The notes: generated by a model from the sequence alone, not told the origin. DNA of 64,000 nt from Opitutales bacterium (GCA_022565335.1 JAIUMY010000002.1:24395-88394); one strand, 5' to 3'. Shown: positions 9,205 to 18,525, numbered from the stretch's first letter. Made by a program: numbers and translations.

Positions 9205-9763
9205 TCTAATAAAATTCCATCAGCACGTACGCCATGCCCACCTCGCGGGACAGCCCGCGGCCGAACCGCCGCCAAAGCCCGAGGTAGATTTGGCGGCGGT
9301 CGAGAAAAAAGCCTATGAGCGCGGACGCACCGAGGCTGAGAACAAATTCAAGGAAATGATTGCGGCGGCACAAACCCTTCAAGGAGAGCTTCTTGCCAAC
9401 TTACAAAAGGCGGAAAAGGAACTTGTCGAAACGGTTGAAACCGCCCTCCCTGATCTGATTATCGAGGGTATTCGCCGAATCATTCCCCAATGGTCTCCGG
9501 AAGTCAGGGAAGTGCAGAAGATCGTCCGTGATATGCTGTCCGGCTTGGAGGGGGAAAGCGGCCCTCTGGAAATCCGCTTGAACGAGCAGGACAAGGCCCA
9601 ATTGGAACAACTACAAAATGCACTGGAAGGCGACTTCGGCCAAACGAATCTGGTGGTGGACCGTAATCTCCGTCGCGGCGAATGCGTGGTGGTCGGTCGC
9701 TTTGGAATGGTCGATGGCCGGTTCCAATCAAAATTAAACGGATTACGAAAGGATCTTCTCTAA
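9197..9763 (+). CDS. fliH: Flagellar export apparatus protein FliH
   Basis: Sits between fliG and fliI. Coiled-coil N-terminus and C-terminus ...GECVVVGRFGMVDGRFQSKL. GGAGGAGGA lies just 5' of ATG 9197. ATG 9182 is an alternative start. Confidence 0.75.
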   Translation: MSNLIKFHQHVRHAHLAGQPAAEPPPKPEVDLAAVEKKAYERGRTEAENKFKEMIAAAQTLQGELLANLQKAEKELVETVETALPDLIIEGIRRIIPQWSPEVREVQKIVRDMLSGLEGESGPLEIRLNEQDKAQLEQLQNALEGDFGQTNLVVDRNLRRGECVVVGRFGMVDGRFQSKLNGLRKDLL

Positions 9764-11082
9764 TGGACCGGGGACTACAAAATCGAATCGCGCAAATCAA
9801 ACAGCGCTTGGTGGAGGCCGAAGTGACTAAAAACTATGGTCATGTTCACCAGGTCTGCGGCTTGGTCATTGAAGCTATCGGCCCTAATCTCGCCATAGGA
9901 GACCTTTGCGAGATCGAAACCCGGAATGAGGAAATGGTCCTGGCAGAGGTCGTGGGTTTCCGCGACAACAAGATGTTGATGATGCCTTTGGGCGATCTCA
10001 ACCGGATTGCCCCCGGGTCACGGGTGATGCCAGCAAATCATCAACTCGCCCTACCTGACCCCGAAAAAGCAGTTGGCCGCATTATCGACGCCCTGGGCAA
10101 CCCCATTGACGGCAAAGGGCCGATTGAGTCGACCCCCGGCACCGGGGTGAACCGCAGCACCCCACCACCGCTTTCACGGCAACCAATTAAGGACCATTTT
10201 GAAACGGGAATCCGCGCCATTGATCTTTTTGTTCCTTTAGGGCGGGGACAACGTATGGGAATCTTTGCGGGCAGTGGGGTCGGGAAATCGACCCTTTTGG
10301 GTATGCTGATACGCGGTGGCGAGTCCGATATCAATGTGGTTGCCTTAATCGGGGAACGGGGCCGGGAAGTTCGCGAATTTGTCGAGAACTCACTTGGCGA
10401 AGAGGCCCTCCAAAGAAGCGTAGTTATTGTATCGACTTCAGATCAACCGGCCATGCAGCGTCTGCGAGCCGCGTTTCTGGCAACTTCTCTAGCCGAATGC
10501 TACCGGGACCGAGGTCACAATGTACTTTTCCTTATGGACTCGGTGACCCGCTTTGCCATGGCCCAAAGGGAAATCGGTCTCTCGGTCATGGAACCGCCGG
10601 CCAGCCGAGGTTATCCACCTTCGGTATTTTCTTTGCTTCCGCGTTTGCTGGAGCGAACAGGAAACTCGGAGACCGGTTCAATAACGGCTCTTTACACTGT
10701 CCTGGTGGAAGGGGACGACATGAATGAGCCCATTACCGATGCCGTTCGAGGCATCCTCGACGGGCACATCATGCTTTCCCGAAAAATTGCTACCTCAAAC
10801 ATTTTCCCGGCAATTGATGTACTGGAAAGCATTAGCCGTCTCAATACGGTAATTTGCACCAAAGAAGAATTGGATTTGGTCGCACGTGCCCGACACCTTT
10901 TGGCCCTTTATCGGGAGAACGAGGATTTGATCAACATCGGCGCCTACGCCAAACAGGGAAATGCGGAAATCGATGAAGCTATCCGCAAGCGGGGGTATTT
11001 GATCGAGTTAATACGCCAGGATCAATCCGAAAAATGTCATCGGAACGAGAGTTTCAAGAAGCTAACGGAGGTGCTCGAATGA
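9763..11082 (+). CDS. fliI: Flagellum-specific ATPase FliI
   Basis: Walker A GSGVGKST, Walker B LFLMDSVTR, F1/T3SS ATPase family. Start chosen at the TAATG overlap with the fliH stop (M28 of the ORF-track frame). Confidence 0.93.
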   Translation: MDRGLQNRIAQIKQRLVEAEVTKNYGHVHQVCGLVIEAIGPNLAIGDLCEIETRNEEMVLAEVVGFRDNKMLMMPLGDLNRIAPGSRVMPANHQLALPDPEKAVGRIIDALGNPIDGKGPIESTPGTGVNRSTPPPLSRQPIKDHFETGIRAIDLFVPLGRGQRMGIFAGSGVGKSTLLGMLIRGGESDINVVALIGERGREVREFVENSLGEEALQRSVVIVSTSDQPAMQRLRAAFLATSLAECYRDRGHNVLFLMDSVTRFAMAQREIGLSVMEPPASRGYPPSVFSLLPRLLERTGNSETGSITALYTVLVEGDDMNEPITDAVRGILDGHIMLSRKIATSNIFPAIDVLESISRLNTVICTKEELDLVARARHLLALYRENEDLINIGAYAKQGNAEIDEAIRKRGYLIELIRQDQSEKCHRNESFKKLTEVLE

Positions 11083-11525
11083 AAGCGTTTAAGTTTAAAC
11101 TGGAAACCGCCCTCAATTTAAGAAGTTTCGCCAAACGTAAGGCTGCGGTCGCCATGGCCGCCGCCACGGCGAGAAGAATCGAGGCGATCGAACACCTTGA
11201 TTTTTGCAAAAACCAGTTAACCAAAGCGGAAGAATTCCTTAAACCCGAGAGAGGCACCGCTCTGACCGCCAATGAAATGGTCCGCCGCCAAGGGGCTGTT
11301 TCTTTTTGCCGGGAAAGAATCTGCAAAGCCAGTGCCGAAAGCGACAAGGCATATGAAGAGGAGGATCAATGCTACCATGCCCTTATGCAAGCCCGACAGG
11401 AAGAGCAAGCTTTACTCAAACTTAAAGAAAAAGCGAGGGAAACCCATCGGGTTGAAATGATCCGGCAAGACGAACTCGCCATGGAAGAATTCATCACCGC
11501 ACGAAAAAGAAATGTCCTCGCTTAA
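11079..11525 (+). CDS. fliJ: Flagellar export chaperone-like protein FliJ
   Basis: 148-aa all-helical protein (MKAFKFKLETALNLR...) directly after fliI. ATGA overlap with the fliI stop. Confidence 0.7.
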   Translation: MKAFKFKLETALNLRSFAKRKAAVAMAAATARRIEAIEHLDFCKNQLTKAEEFLKPERGTALTANEMVRRQGAVSFCRERICKASAESDKAYEEEDQCYHALMQARQEEQALLKLKEKARETHRVEMIRQDELAMEEFITARKRNVLA

Positions 11526-11531
11526 ATAGCT

Positions 11532-12128
11532 ATGAATACATTGATCAAATACTGGTATATTCTGGCCATGGCCTTTGTTCTGAGTCTTCTCACGGGCGTG
11601 GGGTTGGTTTTAATACGACAAGATACCTGGATGCCGGAGGAAACCGAACCGGAAGAGCACATCGCTTTGGAAGAGGGCGATTCCAGCTCTTTTCGCGAGT
11701 GGAATTTCGAGGCTAACAAACTGGAGGATCTCCAACTCAAATTGGATGCCCGCCAAGCTGATCTTGACGCTCGTGAAGAATCCCTGGAGCTCCTCCGGGC
11801 GCAGATTCAAACCGAACACAATGAATTGATCTCCCTACGGGAGTCACTGGATGACATGCGCCGAAGCATGGAGCAGGATTTTATCACCATCGAAGAAGAT
11901 GAACGAACAAATCTCCGACGCTTGGCTTCGATCTACTCAGAAGTCAGCCCGGCGGCCGCGGTCAAAGTCTTTAATGGCCTGGATGACGAAACGATAGTAA
12001 AAATTCTCTCCTTAATGCCCACCGAGTCCTCCGCACGGGTTCTCGGGGTGATGGGCGATTCAAATGACCAACAAATCCTGGAAAGAGCGGCCAGATTAAC
12101 CAGCGACCTTAGAAAGGTAAGAGAATAA
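11532..12128 (+). CDS. MgtE_N-like flagellar protein (YlxF/MotE-like)
   Basis: N-terminal TM, coiled coil, then ASIYSEVSPAAAVKVFNGLDDETIVKILSLMPTESSARVLGVM (MgtE-N/FliG-like repeat). Same slot as ylxF between fliJ and fliK in Bacillus-type fla operons. Confidence 0.6.
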   Translation: MNTLIKYWYILAMAFVLSLLTGVGLVLIRQDTWMPEETEPEEHIALEEGDSSSFREWNFEANKLEDLQLKLDARQADLDAREESLELLRAQIQTEHNELISLRESLDDMRRSMEQDFITIEEDERTNLRRLASIYSEVSPAAAVKVFNGLDDETIVKILSLMPTESSARVLGVMGDSNDQQILERAARLTSDLRKVRE

Positions 12129-12129
12129 G

Positions 12130-13707
12130 ATGAATATGATTTTTCCAACGGAATTCGACCGATCTCCTGCCCGCTTCGCCCCTCGCGAACCAAAAGCATC
12201 AGAACCCTCGGGCTCGAAGAAACCTCAAAAAGCCTTTGCCGACCAACTGTCAAGCTGTTGCAAGGACCAAAAAGGCGTTGCCAAGTCGAAGACCGACGCT
12301 AAAGGAGAAACAAAACAGAAGTCCAAAGCGGAGAATTCCCAGACTTCCGAAAAACCCTCTGCGGAGGACTGTCCCGACAAAGAAATTAAAACGGACGAAG
12401 AGTCTGAAAAGGAAAATGGCACGAAAAAAGCTGTGCATAAAGAAATGGCCTTAACCCACATAGTTTTAAATTTTCCCCGGCATAGCCTGGCTTCGGCGGG
12501 CTCAAGCGAATCGCCCCCTAATTTAAGCCCTGTAAGCGGAGATAAAGGGAAAGAGAAAGGGGCCTCAACACAAGTGGAACAGAAGGATCAAAAGACCTCC
12601 ACAGGAAGAACACCACAAAAGAACAAAGGCGAATCGGCAAATATTGCCCACTCTAAAAGTGAAGGCAAAGAGAAAGAGGCCCTGAGATCAAGAACTCAGA
12701 ACGAACCCAGGGTATCTGCGGGAGAAACAACGCCGAAGAGTAAAGGCCAACGGTCAAATTCTGCCCCCTCTAATGGATCCTTCTCTCCGAACGCCCCGAC
12801 AACAAGGGAGGCGGCCTCCGAAAGCACTGCTACCACAGTCAGGAGAATTGTCGTTCCCCCGTCCGGAGACAAACCTACCGCAAGCTCCCAAATCCGCTTG
12901 AACAGAAGCGCTACTTCCGAAGCGGAAACTGCCAATACCAGGCACCCCAAGGATTTTAACCGGCAGCCTAAAATGCCCCGGGCGACCCCTGCCTCCTCCC
13001 CAGGCCCTTCAAATGAAGCCCGTTCGGCCACCGCCAACTCTGCCGTCGTACCTTCAGTGCATGTTGCTGCTCCCACGGCGACCCCCAACCTCGCCCCATT
13101 GAATTTGAGCTCCGCCGAGGCCGAAGCTCCCCGAAATACCACCCAAACAACAATGCAAAGCTCGGGAAGCTTTGGCCAATCCTCCGGCGAGGGTGATCGC
13201 CATCGCGGGGATAGCCACCAATCCTCCACCTTGCTCGGAAACATTTCCGGCCGAATGGATGGGGCAGCTTCTCAAAAAGCCGAAAACATACGGGTCTTCA
13301 TAAGCCAATTGGATTCCGCTCTGCAAACCATGAACCAGGAAAAGAGTAGCAACATCAAACTGCGGATCAGCCTGGAGCGGGGTGAAGTTATAAGGATTCA
13401 ACTTAGCCTGCGTGGTTCAAAACTCAAGACCTCCATCCACACCGAAAGCGATAATGTCCGCCAACTTCTCCGTTCTTCCTGGTCGGAAGTAAGCCGGGCC
13501 CTATCCGCCAAGGGAGTGGAGGCCGAAATGCCGGAGTTTGATGGCGGATCGGAGAATTCCTCCCACAGGGAAAAGAGTTTTGCCGAGCGGACCGAAGCTG
13601 AATTGGCCCAGCTACAAAGAAACGGGAGAACTTCGGATTCGGCTCAGGATTCCCCCAACAAACCCAATGAACTCCGGGATTCCCGGATTTTTTCACGCAT
13701 TGCCTAG
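12130..13707 (+). CDS. fliK: Flagellar hook-length control protein FliK
   Basis: 525 aa. Long S/P/T/K-rich low-complexity region followed by a C-terminal Flg_hook-like block (IKLRISLERGEVIRIQLSLRGSKLKTSIHTES...). Position before flgD supports the call. Confidence 0.75.
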   Translation: MNMIFPTEFDRSPARFAPREPKASEPSGSKKPQKAFADQLSSCCKDQKGVAKSKTDAKGETKQKSKAENSQTSEKPSAEDCPDKEIKTDEESEKENGTKKAVHKEMALTHIVLNFPRHSLASAGSSESPPNLSPVSGDKGKEKGASTQVEQKDQKTSTGRTPQKNKGESANIAHSKSEGKEKEALRSRTQNEPRVSAGETTPKSKGQRSNSAPSNGSFSPNAPTTREAASESTATTVRRIVVPPSGDKPTASSQIRLNRSATSEAETANTRHPKDFNRQPKMPRATPASSPGPSNEARSATANSAVVPSVHVAAPTATPNLAPLNLSSAEAEAPRNTTQTTMQSSGSFGQSSGEGDRHRGDSHQSSTLLGNISGRMDGAASQKAENIRVFISQLDSALQTMNQEKSSNIKLRISLERGEVIRIQLSLRGSKLKTSIHTESDNVRQLLRSSWSEVSRALSAKGVEAEMPEFDGGSENSSHREKSFAERTEAELAQLQRNGRTSDSAQDSPNKPNELRDSRIFSRIA

Positions 13708-13717
13708 GAGAAACATT

Positions 13718-14167
13718 ATGGAAACAAATATCGCCACAATTCAACAACCCACTCCAACCAATACCCTCAGTACGGAGAAATTCCCCAGTCCCAACCAGGA
13801 TCTTAATATGGAGGACTTCTTCAAACTGCTGACCGTCCAATTAACCTCTCAGGATCCTCTCAAACCGATGGACGATACCGAGTTTATCTCTCAGATGACC
13901 GCCTTCAGTAGTCTGGCCGAGTTGGAAAGCATGGGCAAGGACATGAAGGCGCTGCGTCAGGAGCAAAACATGTTTAACGCTCAAATGCTGATCGGCAAGG
14001 AAGTTACCGCAACGACCCGGGACGGTCAAACAATTACCGGTGCAGTGACGCGGGTCGCCCGCGAAAACGGGGAGATGATTCCTTACATTGGTGACACCAG
14101 AGTGGATATGGCAAATATCAAGGAAGTCGCAAAGGCAGAAAAAACATTCTCCCAGGATCAACAATAA
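13718..14167 (+). CDS. flgD: Flagellar hook assembly (cap) protein FlgD
   Basis: MEDFFKLLTVQLTSQDPLKPMDDTEFISQMTAFSSLAE is the FlgD N-terminal signature. Start taken at ATG 13718 (AGGAG 8 nt upstream); the ORF-track extension overlaps fliK. Confidence 0.9.
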   Translation: METNIATIQQPTPTNTLSTEKFPSPNQDLNMEDFFKLLTVQLTSQDPLKPMDDTEFISQMTAFSSLAELESMGKDMKALRQEQNMFNAQMLIGKEVTATTRDGQTITGAVTRVARENGEMIPYIGDTRVDMANIKEVAKAEKTFSQDQQ

Positions 14168-14212
14168 ATTTTAATTCCCAACACAACTAACCTCAAAAAA
14201 AAAGGAAATATC

Positions 14213-15523
14213 ATGGCACTCATAGGATCATTAACCAGCGGCGTTAGCGCCATGCAGGGCTTCGTCAGAGGGATGGAGGTCATTGGCAACAATATCGCCA
14301 ACTCAAAAACCACAGCCTTTAAACGGCAGCGCTTGGGATTCAGCGATAGTTTTTCGAATACCCTTCGCGATGCCTCCCCAGGGGGCGCCAATGTCTCCAG
14401 CCAAGCACCTATCCAGATCGGTTCAGGGACAAACCTGAGCTCCACCACCAAAATCTTTGATCAGGGCTCGGTTGGAGCTACCGGAGTCTCCTCCGATCTG
14501 GCGATTGTCGGGGAAGGTTTCTTCCGCGTTATCGACCCCGCCAATGATAACCAGTTTCTAACCCGCAACGGCTCCTTTCGGGTCGATAGTGAAGGGTTTC
14601 TCGCAGACCAAACCGGCAAGCGCGTGTTAGGCCTGACGGGGGGCTCTTCAAACCAAGCCCCGGACACCATCGCCCCGATCCGCATCGATCTGGCAGAAAG
14701 CGTAAAAACCAATCCCGACGGAGATCCGGTGGATGAACAAAACCGGGTTATTCTTGATGATGGCACCCGCCTTGAAGAGAATGCAACCGGCGATTTATTC
14801 CGCGTTAACGAGGAAGGCGACCTGCTTGACTCCACGGCTGCGGCGGCTGCGGACAGTTTTGTCTTGCAAGACATTGGCGGCACGCCCGCACGGGCAGTCT
14901 TCGACACCACGGACGAAGTCCGCTACTTGCAGGACGACCAGGGCAATTTCATTGATGGCAATGGGGCCGTAAGTGCAACCCCGGTGCCATGGGACCCCGG
15001 TTCTCAACCCCAAGCCGTTATTGGTGATACCGAAGCTTCGGCCGCTCTTTGGGAGGCAACCAATGCCTTTCAACCAAATATTGCCGAAGCAGACCCCAGT
15101 GACCCAAACCAGTTCCAACTGGCAATTCAGTCCTGGGCGGTAGGTCCTACCGGAGACTTGACCCTCTCCCTGAATGATGGTTCGTCCTACACCCGGGCCA
15201 AGGTGCTCACCCAGTCAGTGAGTGATCCTGACGCCCTTACCTCTGACGGCAGCGGATTATTCACCGGAATCCAGAACGCTGGTCCAAGGGGCATGGAGAC
15301 CTGGGATATTGGCAACACCATTTCCTCCGCAAACCTGGAACAACACTCTCCCGGCAGCCAGGGTTTGGGTTTCATCCAAGGAGGATCGCTCGAAGGCTCG
15401 AACACCGACCTGACCTTTGAGTTCTCGGAAATGATTACGACGCAGCGTGCCTTCCAAGCCGGTTCAAGAGTAATCACGGTATCCGATGAGATGTTGCAGG
15501 AAATTATTAACCTGAAACGATAA
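14213..15523 (+). CDS. flgE: Flagellar hook protein FlgE
   Basis: N-terminus GMEVIGNNIANSKTTAFKRQ and C-terminus MITTQRAFQAGSRVITVSDEMLQEIINLKR; 436 aa. Confidence 0.93.
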   Translation: MALIGSLTSGVSAMQGFVRGMEVIGNNIANSKTTAFKRQRLGFSDSFSNTLRDASPGGANVSSQAPIQIGSGTNLSSTTKIFDQGSVGATGVSSDLAIVGEGFFRVIDPANDNQFLTRNGSFRVDSEGFLADQTGKRVLGLTGGSSNQAPDTIAPIRIDLAESVKTNPDGDPVDEQNRVILDDGTRLEENATGDLFRVNEEGDLLDSTAAAAADSFVLQDIGGTPARAVFDTTDEVRYLQDDQGNFIDGNGAVSATPVPWDPGSQPQAVIGDTEASAALWEATNAFQPNIAEADPSDPNQFQLAIQSWAVGPTGDLTLSLNDGSSYTRAKVLTQSVSDPDALTSDGSGLFTGIQNAGPRGMETWDIGNTISSANLEQHSPGSQGLGFIQGGSLEGSNTDLTFEFSEMITTQRAFQAGSRVITVSDEMLQEIINLKR

Positions 15524-15542
15524 TCCCAACCCCCCACGACTA

Positions 15543-16049
15543 ATGGCTGAGGACAATTCAAACGACTCCGGGAAAGCAGAGCCCAAGCAAGGAAAACCTT
15601 GGTTGGTGCTCGCGCTCATGCTGCTAATCGTTCCGGTGGTGACCCTGGCGATCACCGAGTTCGTGGTAATTCCGCGACTTCAGAGCAGTATGGCCTCAGA
15701 AAACGAAAACCGGAACTCTTCCCCCTCCCGTGAGGAAGGCACCGAGGCCATAAGCTCCTATCGTTTTGAGGATGTTGTGGCCAATTTGGCTGGCACGATG
15801 GGCACACGCTTTGTTAATGTCAGCTTTGAGGTGCGGGGCAGGAATCCCGATATGAGACAGAAAATTCAAGCCAATCAGCCAGTAGTCAAGGATGCAATTA
15901 TTACCGCCCTCTCCTCCGAGAGCATTCAGTCGCTCGAAATTCCCGGTGGCCGAAACCGCCTTCGGGCCTCCCTTATTCAGGCGATAAACGAATCCCTCTC
16001 CATGGATCTTGTGGAAGAGCTTTACTTTACTGAGTTCATTATTCAGTAA
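15543..16049 (+). CDS. fliL: Flagellar basal body-associated protein FliL
   Basis: Single N-terminal TM. FliL-type core (VANLAG...RFVNVSFEVR...VKDAIITALSS...LYFTEFIIQ). Confidence 0.85.
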   Translation: MAEDNSNDSGKAEPKQGKPWLVLALMLLIVPVVTLAITEFVVIPRLQSSMASENENRNSSPSREEGTEAISSYRFEDVVANLAGTMGTRFVNVSFEVRGRNPDMRQKIQANQPVVKDAIITALSSESIQSLEIPGGRNRLRASLIQAINESLSMDLVEELYFTEFIIQ

Positions 16050-16063
16050 TACTTTAGAACCCG

Positions 16064-17023
16064 ATGCCCAAACAGTCGCCCCAACCTACCTTTCCCAAAC
16101 GTCGCTCGCGAATCACTCCAGTGATTAAGGCGGACGGTACCCGCTTGGGGGGAAGCGAGAAGGTCGAAGTCCAACCCTACACCTTGGGCGATCGCCGGGA
16201 GGTAAGCCTGGCGGTTTTGGAGGTCCTCAAGGAAAAGCATGAAGATGTGCTCGCCTCATTGGGGCCGCGGCTGGCCCTTTTTCTGCGCGCGGATGTCGAA
16301 TTTAAACTGGAGGACCTAACGGCGGCAAAATATTCCCGAGCCGTAAAGGAAATCAACCCCGAACTACATTTCAATGTTTTTCGGGCGGACCGCGCCACAG
16401 GTTCGGGGTTTCTCGGCCTTAACCCTCTGCTGGCCCTTACGGCGGTAAATTTACTGCTGGGAGGAAAAGGGGAAACCCCCAAGCAGCCTCGCTTGCTGAC
16501 CAAGATAGAGTCGGACCTCTCCGTTGATGTGGCGAATGAATTTCTGGACGGCTGGAAAAGCTTTACCGGGAAATCGATGGAATTCAAGCCGCAGGCGGTA
16601 GCGGAGGAAGCTGCCAGAGTGGAGTCACTCATTGACGCCCACACTGGCGTCTTTTTGGCCAAACTAAAAATCAAGATTAAGGAATGCGAAGGCGATGGGT
16701 TTTTGGTTTGGCCGGTACATATGATCGAACCGGTGATCCACCAACTGGAACAAACAAGTACTACCAACAAGAAGAAGGCCCAAAGTATCAGTTCCCAATG
16801 GTCGCCAGTTTATGACCGCGTTCCGGTTCGTTCCGACATTTTGGTCCCTGCCGGGCGCATGTCGGTGGAGGATTTTTTGGCCCTTCAACCGGGATCGGTT
16901 ATTCCACTTCCCGCGGAGGTCATGGAACAGGCCAAAATGACCCTTAACGGGCGCCCGCTTTTCGAGGGGAGTTTTGGCATGACCCCGGACCACCTCGCTT
17001 TATCATTGAAACAAAAACTATAA
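16064..17023 (+). CDS. fliM: Flagellar motor switch protein FliM (no N-terminal CheY-binding peptide)
   Basis: 319 aa. The middle domain contains LLLGGKG (GGXG-like) and there is a C-terminal SpoA-like domain. An in-frame stop at 16055-16057 prevents any N-terminal extension. Confidence 0.88.
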   Translation: MPKQSPQPTFPKRRSRITPVIKADGTRLGGSEKVEVQPYTLGDRREVSLAVLEVLKEKHEDVLASLGPRLALFLRADVEFKLEDLTAAKYSRAVKEINPELHFNVFRADRATGSGFLGLNPLLALTAVNLLLGGKGETPKQPRLLTKIESDLSVDVANEFLDGWKSFTGKSMEFKPQAVAEEAARVESLIDAHTGVFLAKLKIKIKECEGDGFLVWPVHMIEPVIHQLEQTSTTNKKKAQSISSQWSPVYDRVPVRSDILVPAGRMSVEDFLALQPGSVIPLPAEVMEQAKMTLNGRPLFEGSFGMTPDHLALSLKQKL

Positions 17024-17033
17024 GCTATTTGTC

Positions 17034-17327
17034 ATGGAAAAATCCGAGGAAAACGAGGGTACACCCGCCCCCCAAAAAAACGGAAACGATACGGAGAACC
17101 TCAATCTGCTGAAAGATGTCTCGGTTGAGATGAGCTTACGGCTGGGCACCTGCACAATGACCATGGGCGAAGTGCTTCAACTGGAAGCTGGTGATATTGT
17201 GCAAATGAATGAGTCCATCGACGATCCGGTTTTGCTATATTTAAATGATAAAGTGGTGGCGACGGGAGAAGTTGTTTTAACCGACGATCGCCTTGCCCTC
17301 AAAATTGTGGAAATTCTGAAAGAATGA
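17034..17327 (+). CDS. fliN: Flagellar motor switch protein FliN
   Basis: 97 aa. SpoA/FliN core (VSVEMSLRLGTCTMTMGEVLQLEAGDIVQM...VATGEVV). Confidence 0.9.
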   Translation: MEKSEENEGTPAPQKNGNDTENLNLLKDVSVEMSLRLGTCTMTMGEVLQLEAGDIVQMNESIDDPVLLYLNDKVVATGEVVLTDDRLALKIVEILKE

Positions 17328-17740
17328 TGGAATTTTTTATTATTGCCCAGGTAACGAACGAGAGTTTGGTGGGAACTGACCGATGGTCGGGAGGTGGCAG
17401 CTTCGGCCTAATAATGGTCACCCTTGTGCTTTTCATTGCGCTGGGACTAGCCACGTGGTCTTTAAACCGACGGGGAACGGCCATCCGTCGTTCCGCTGGC
17501 CAGAACCTGAGCATTCTGGAAACACGATCTCTCGGTGGTCGGCAATTCCTCATGGTGGTCGCCTATGGTGAAGAACGCTTTCTCCTCTCCGTTTGCCCCG
17601 GCAGGGTAGAGTTTCTTTGCCCTCTGCCAGTTATTGACGAAGAAGACAACCCCCCGGCCGAATCGGCTTCCGGCAATGGAACCTTCGGGAAGATTTTCCG
17701 CAGAGTTTCCGCAGGTTCACCGCCTGAGCAAAAGTCATGA
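17324..17740 (+). CDS. fliO: Flagellar biosynthesis protein FliO
   Basis: 138 aa, single TM (FGLIMVTLVLFIALGLATW), followed by ILETRSLGGRQFLMVVAYGEERFLL. ATGA overlaps on both sides. Confidence 0.75.
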   Translation: MMEFFIIAQVTNESLVGTDRWSGGGSFGLIMVTLVLFIALGLATWSLNRRGTAIRRSAGQNLSILETRSLGGRQFLMVVAYGEERFLLSVCPGRVEFLCPLPVIDEEDNPPAESASGNGTFGKIFRRVSAGSPPEQKS

Positions 17741-18522
17741 AAGCAATAAAGCCAGTTCTCCTCGTTTTTCTGGTTTTCCTGACAACCGATCCCTCGTTAA
17801 TGGGACAGGAAACTGGTGGAACCGAGCCGGGGCCTGCGGTAGAGACCTCCGGCCCCGGGTTTGAAGTGTCCCTGAACCTCGGTTCGGAAGGTGGCGCGGA
17901 AGATATTTCCACGGCGATTCAATTATTGATCCTGATAACGCTACTTTCCCTGGCCCCGGCCATCGTTCTTTTGATGACCTGCTTTTTACGGATCGTTATC
18001 GTCCTGGGTTTTCTCCGCAACGCCATGGGGGTGCAATCCATTCCCCCGAACCAAGTGATCGTGGGCATCGCGATTTTCCTGACTTTTTTCATCATGATGC
18101 CGGTAGGAGAGGAAATCTACAACGAGGCCTTCCTACCCATGCAAGAGGAAGAAATCACCAGCCGGGAAGCCCTTGAGAGAGCCTCCGTCCCCCTAAAGGA
18201 ATTTATGCTGCGACAGACCCGCCCAGCGGATGTTGATTTCTTTTTGGATATTGCCCGTATGCCGGAAACAGAGGTCGAGGATCTGCCCATGCGCGTAGTC
18301 GTCCCCTCCTTTGTTCTGAGCGAGCTCAGAACCGCTTTTATTATGGGCTTTATGATTTTCCTCCCCTTTCTGGCGATCGATTTCATCGTGGCGACCGTCC
18401 TGATGTCGATGGGGATGATGATGATGCCACCGGTCATTGTCTCGCTTCCTTTTAAAATCTTGCTCTTTGTACTGGTCGACGGATGGTTTCTTATCACCAG
18501 ATCCATCGTTATGAGTTTTTGA
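17737..18522 (+). CDS. fliP: Flagellar export gate protein FliP
   Basis: 261 aa. Signal-like N-terminus and conserved blocks (PNQVIVGIAIFLTFFIMMPV, FVLSELRTAFIMGFMIFLPFLAIDFIVATVLMSMGMMMMPP). Confidence 0.93.
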   Translation: MKAIKPVLLVFLVFLTTDPSLMGQETGGTEPGPAVETSGPGFEVSLNLGSEGGAEDISTAIQLLILITLLSLAPAIVLLMTCFLRIVIVLGFLRNAMGVQSIPPNQVIVGIAIFLTFFIMMPVGEEIYNEAFLPMQEEEITSREALERASVPLKEFMLRQTRPADVDFFLDIARMPETEVEDLPMRVVVPSFVLSELRTAFIMGFMIFLPFLAIDFIVATVLMSMGMMMMPPVIVSLPFKILLFVLVDGWFLITRSIVMSF

Positions 18523-18525
18523 CCT

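Noticed and set aside
12417-12431. GG-N10-GC matches TGGCAC-GAAAA-AAGC (fliK), TGGCAA-CAATA-TCGC (14284-14298, flgE) and TGGCAT-GACAA-CGGC (about 29419, flgH).
   Set aside because: The -12 boxes are poor and the locations are intragenic with no downstream start. The flgE match is forced by the conserved IGNNIAN codons.
13685-13699. Weak sigma-54-like CCGGAT-TTTTT-CACGCA just upstream of flgD.
   Set aside because: Only the GG-N10-GC skeleton matches and the -24 hexamer lacks CAC. A flgDE sigma-54 promoter is plausible biologically but is not supportable from this sequence.
12130-13707. Cluster of many overlapping ORFs on both strands across fliK, considered as a possible foreign or mobile insert.
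   Set aside because: The effect comes from low-complexity S/P/T/K-rich coding sequence that leaves few stops in other frames. The C-terminal Flg_hook-like domain and the synteny identify an ordinary fliK.
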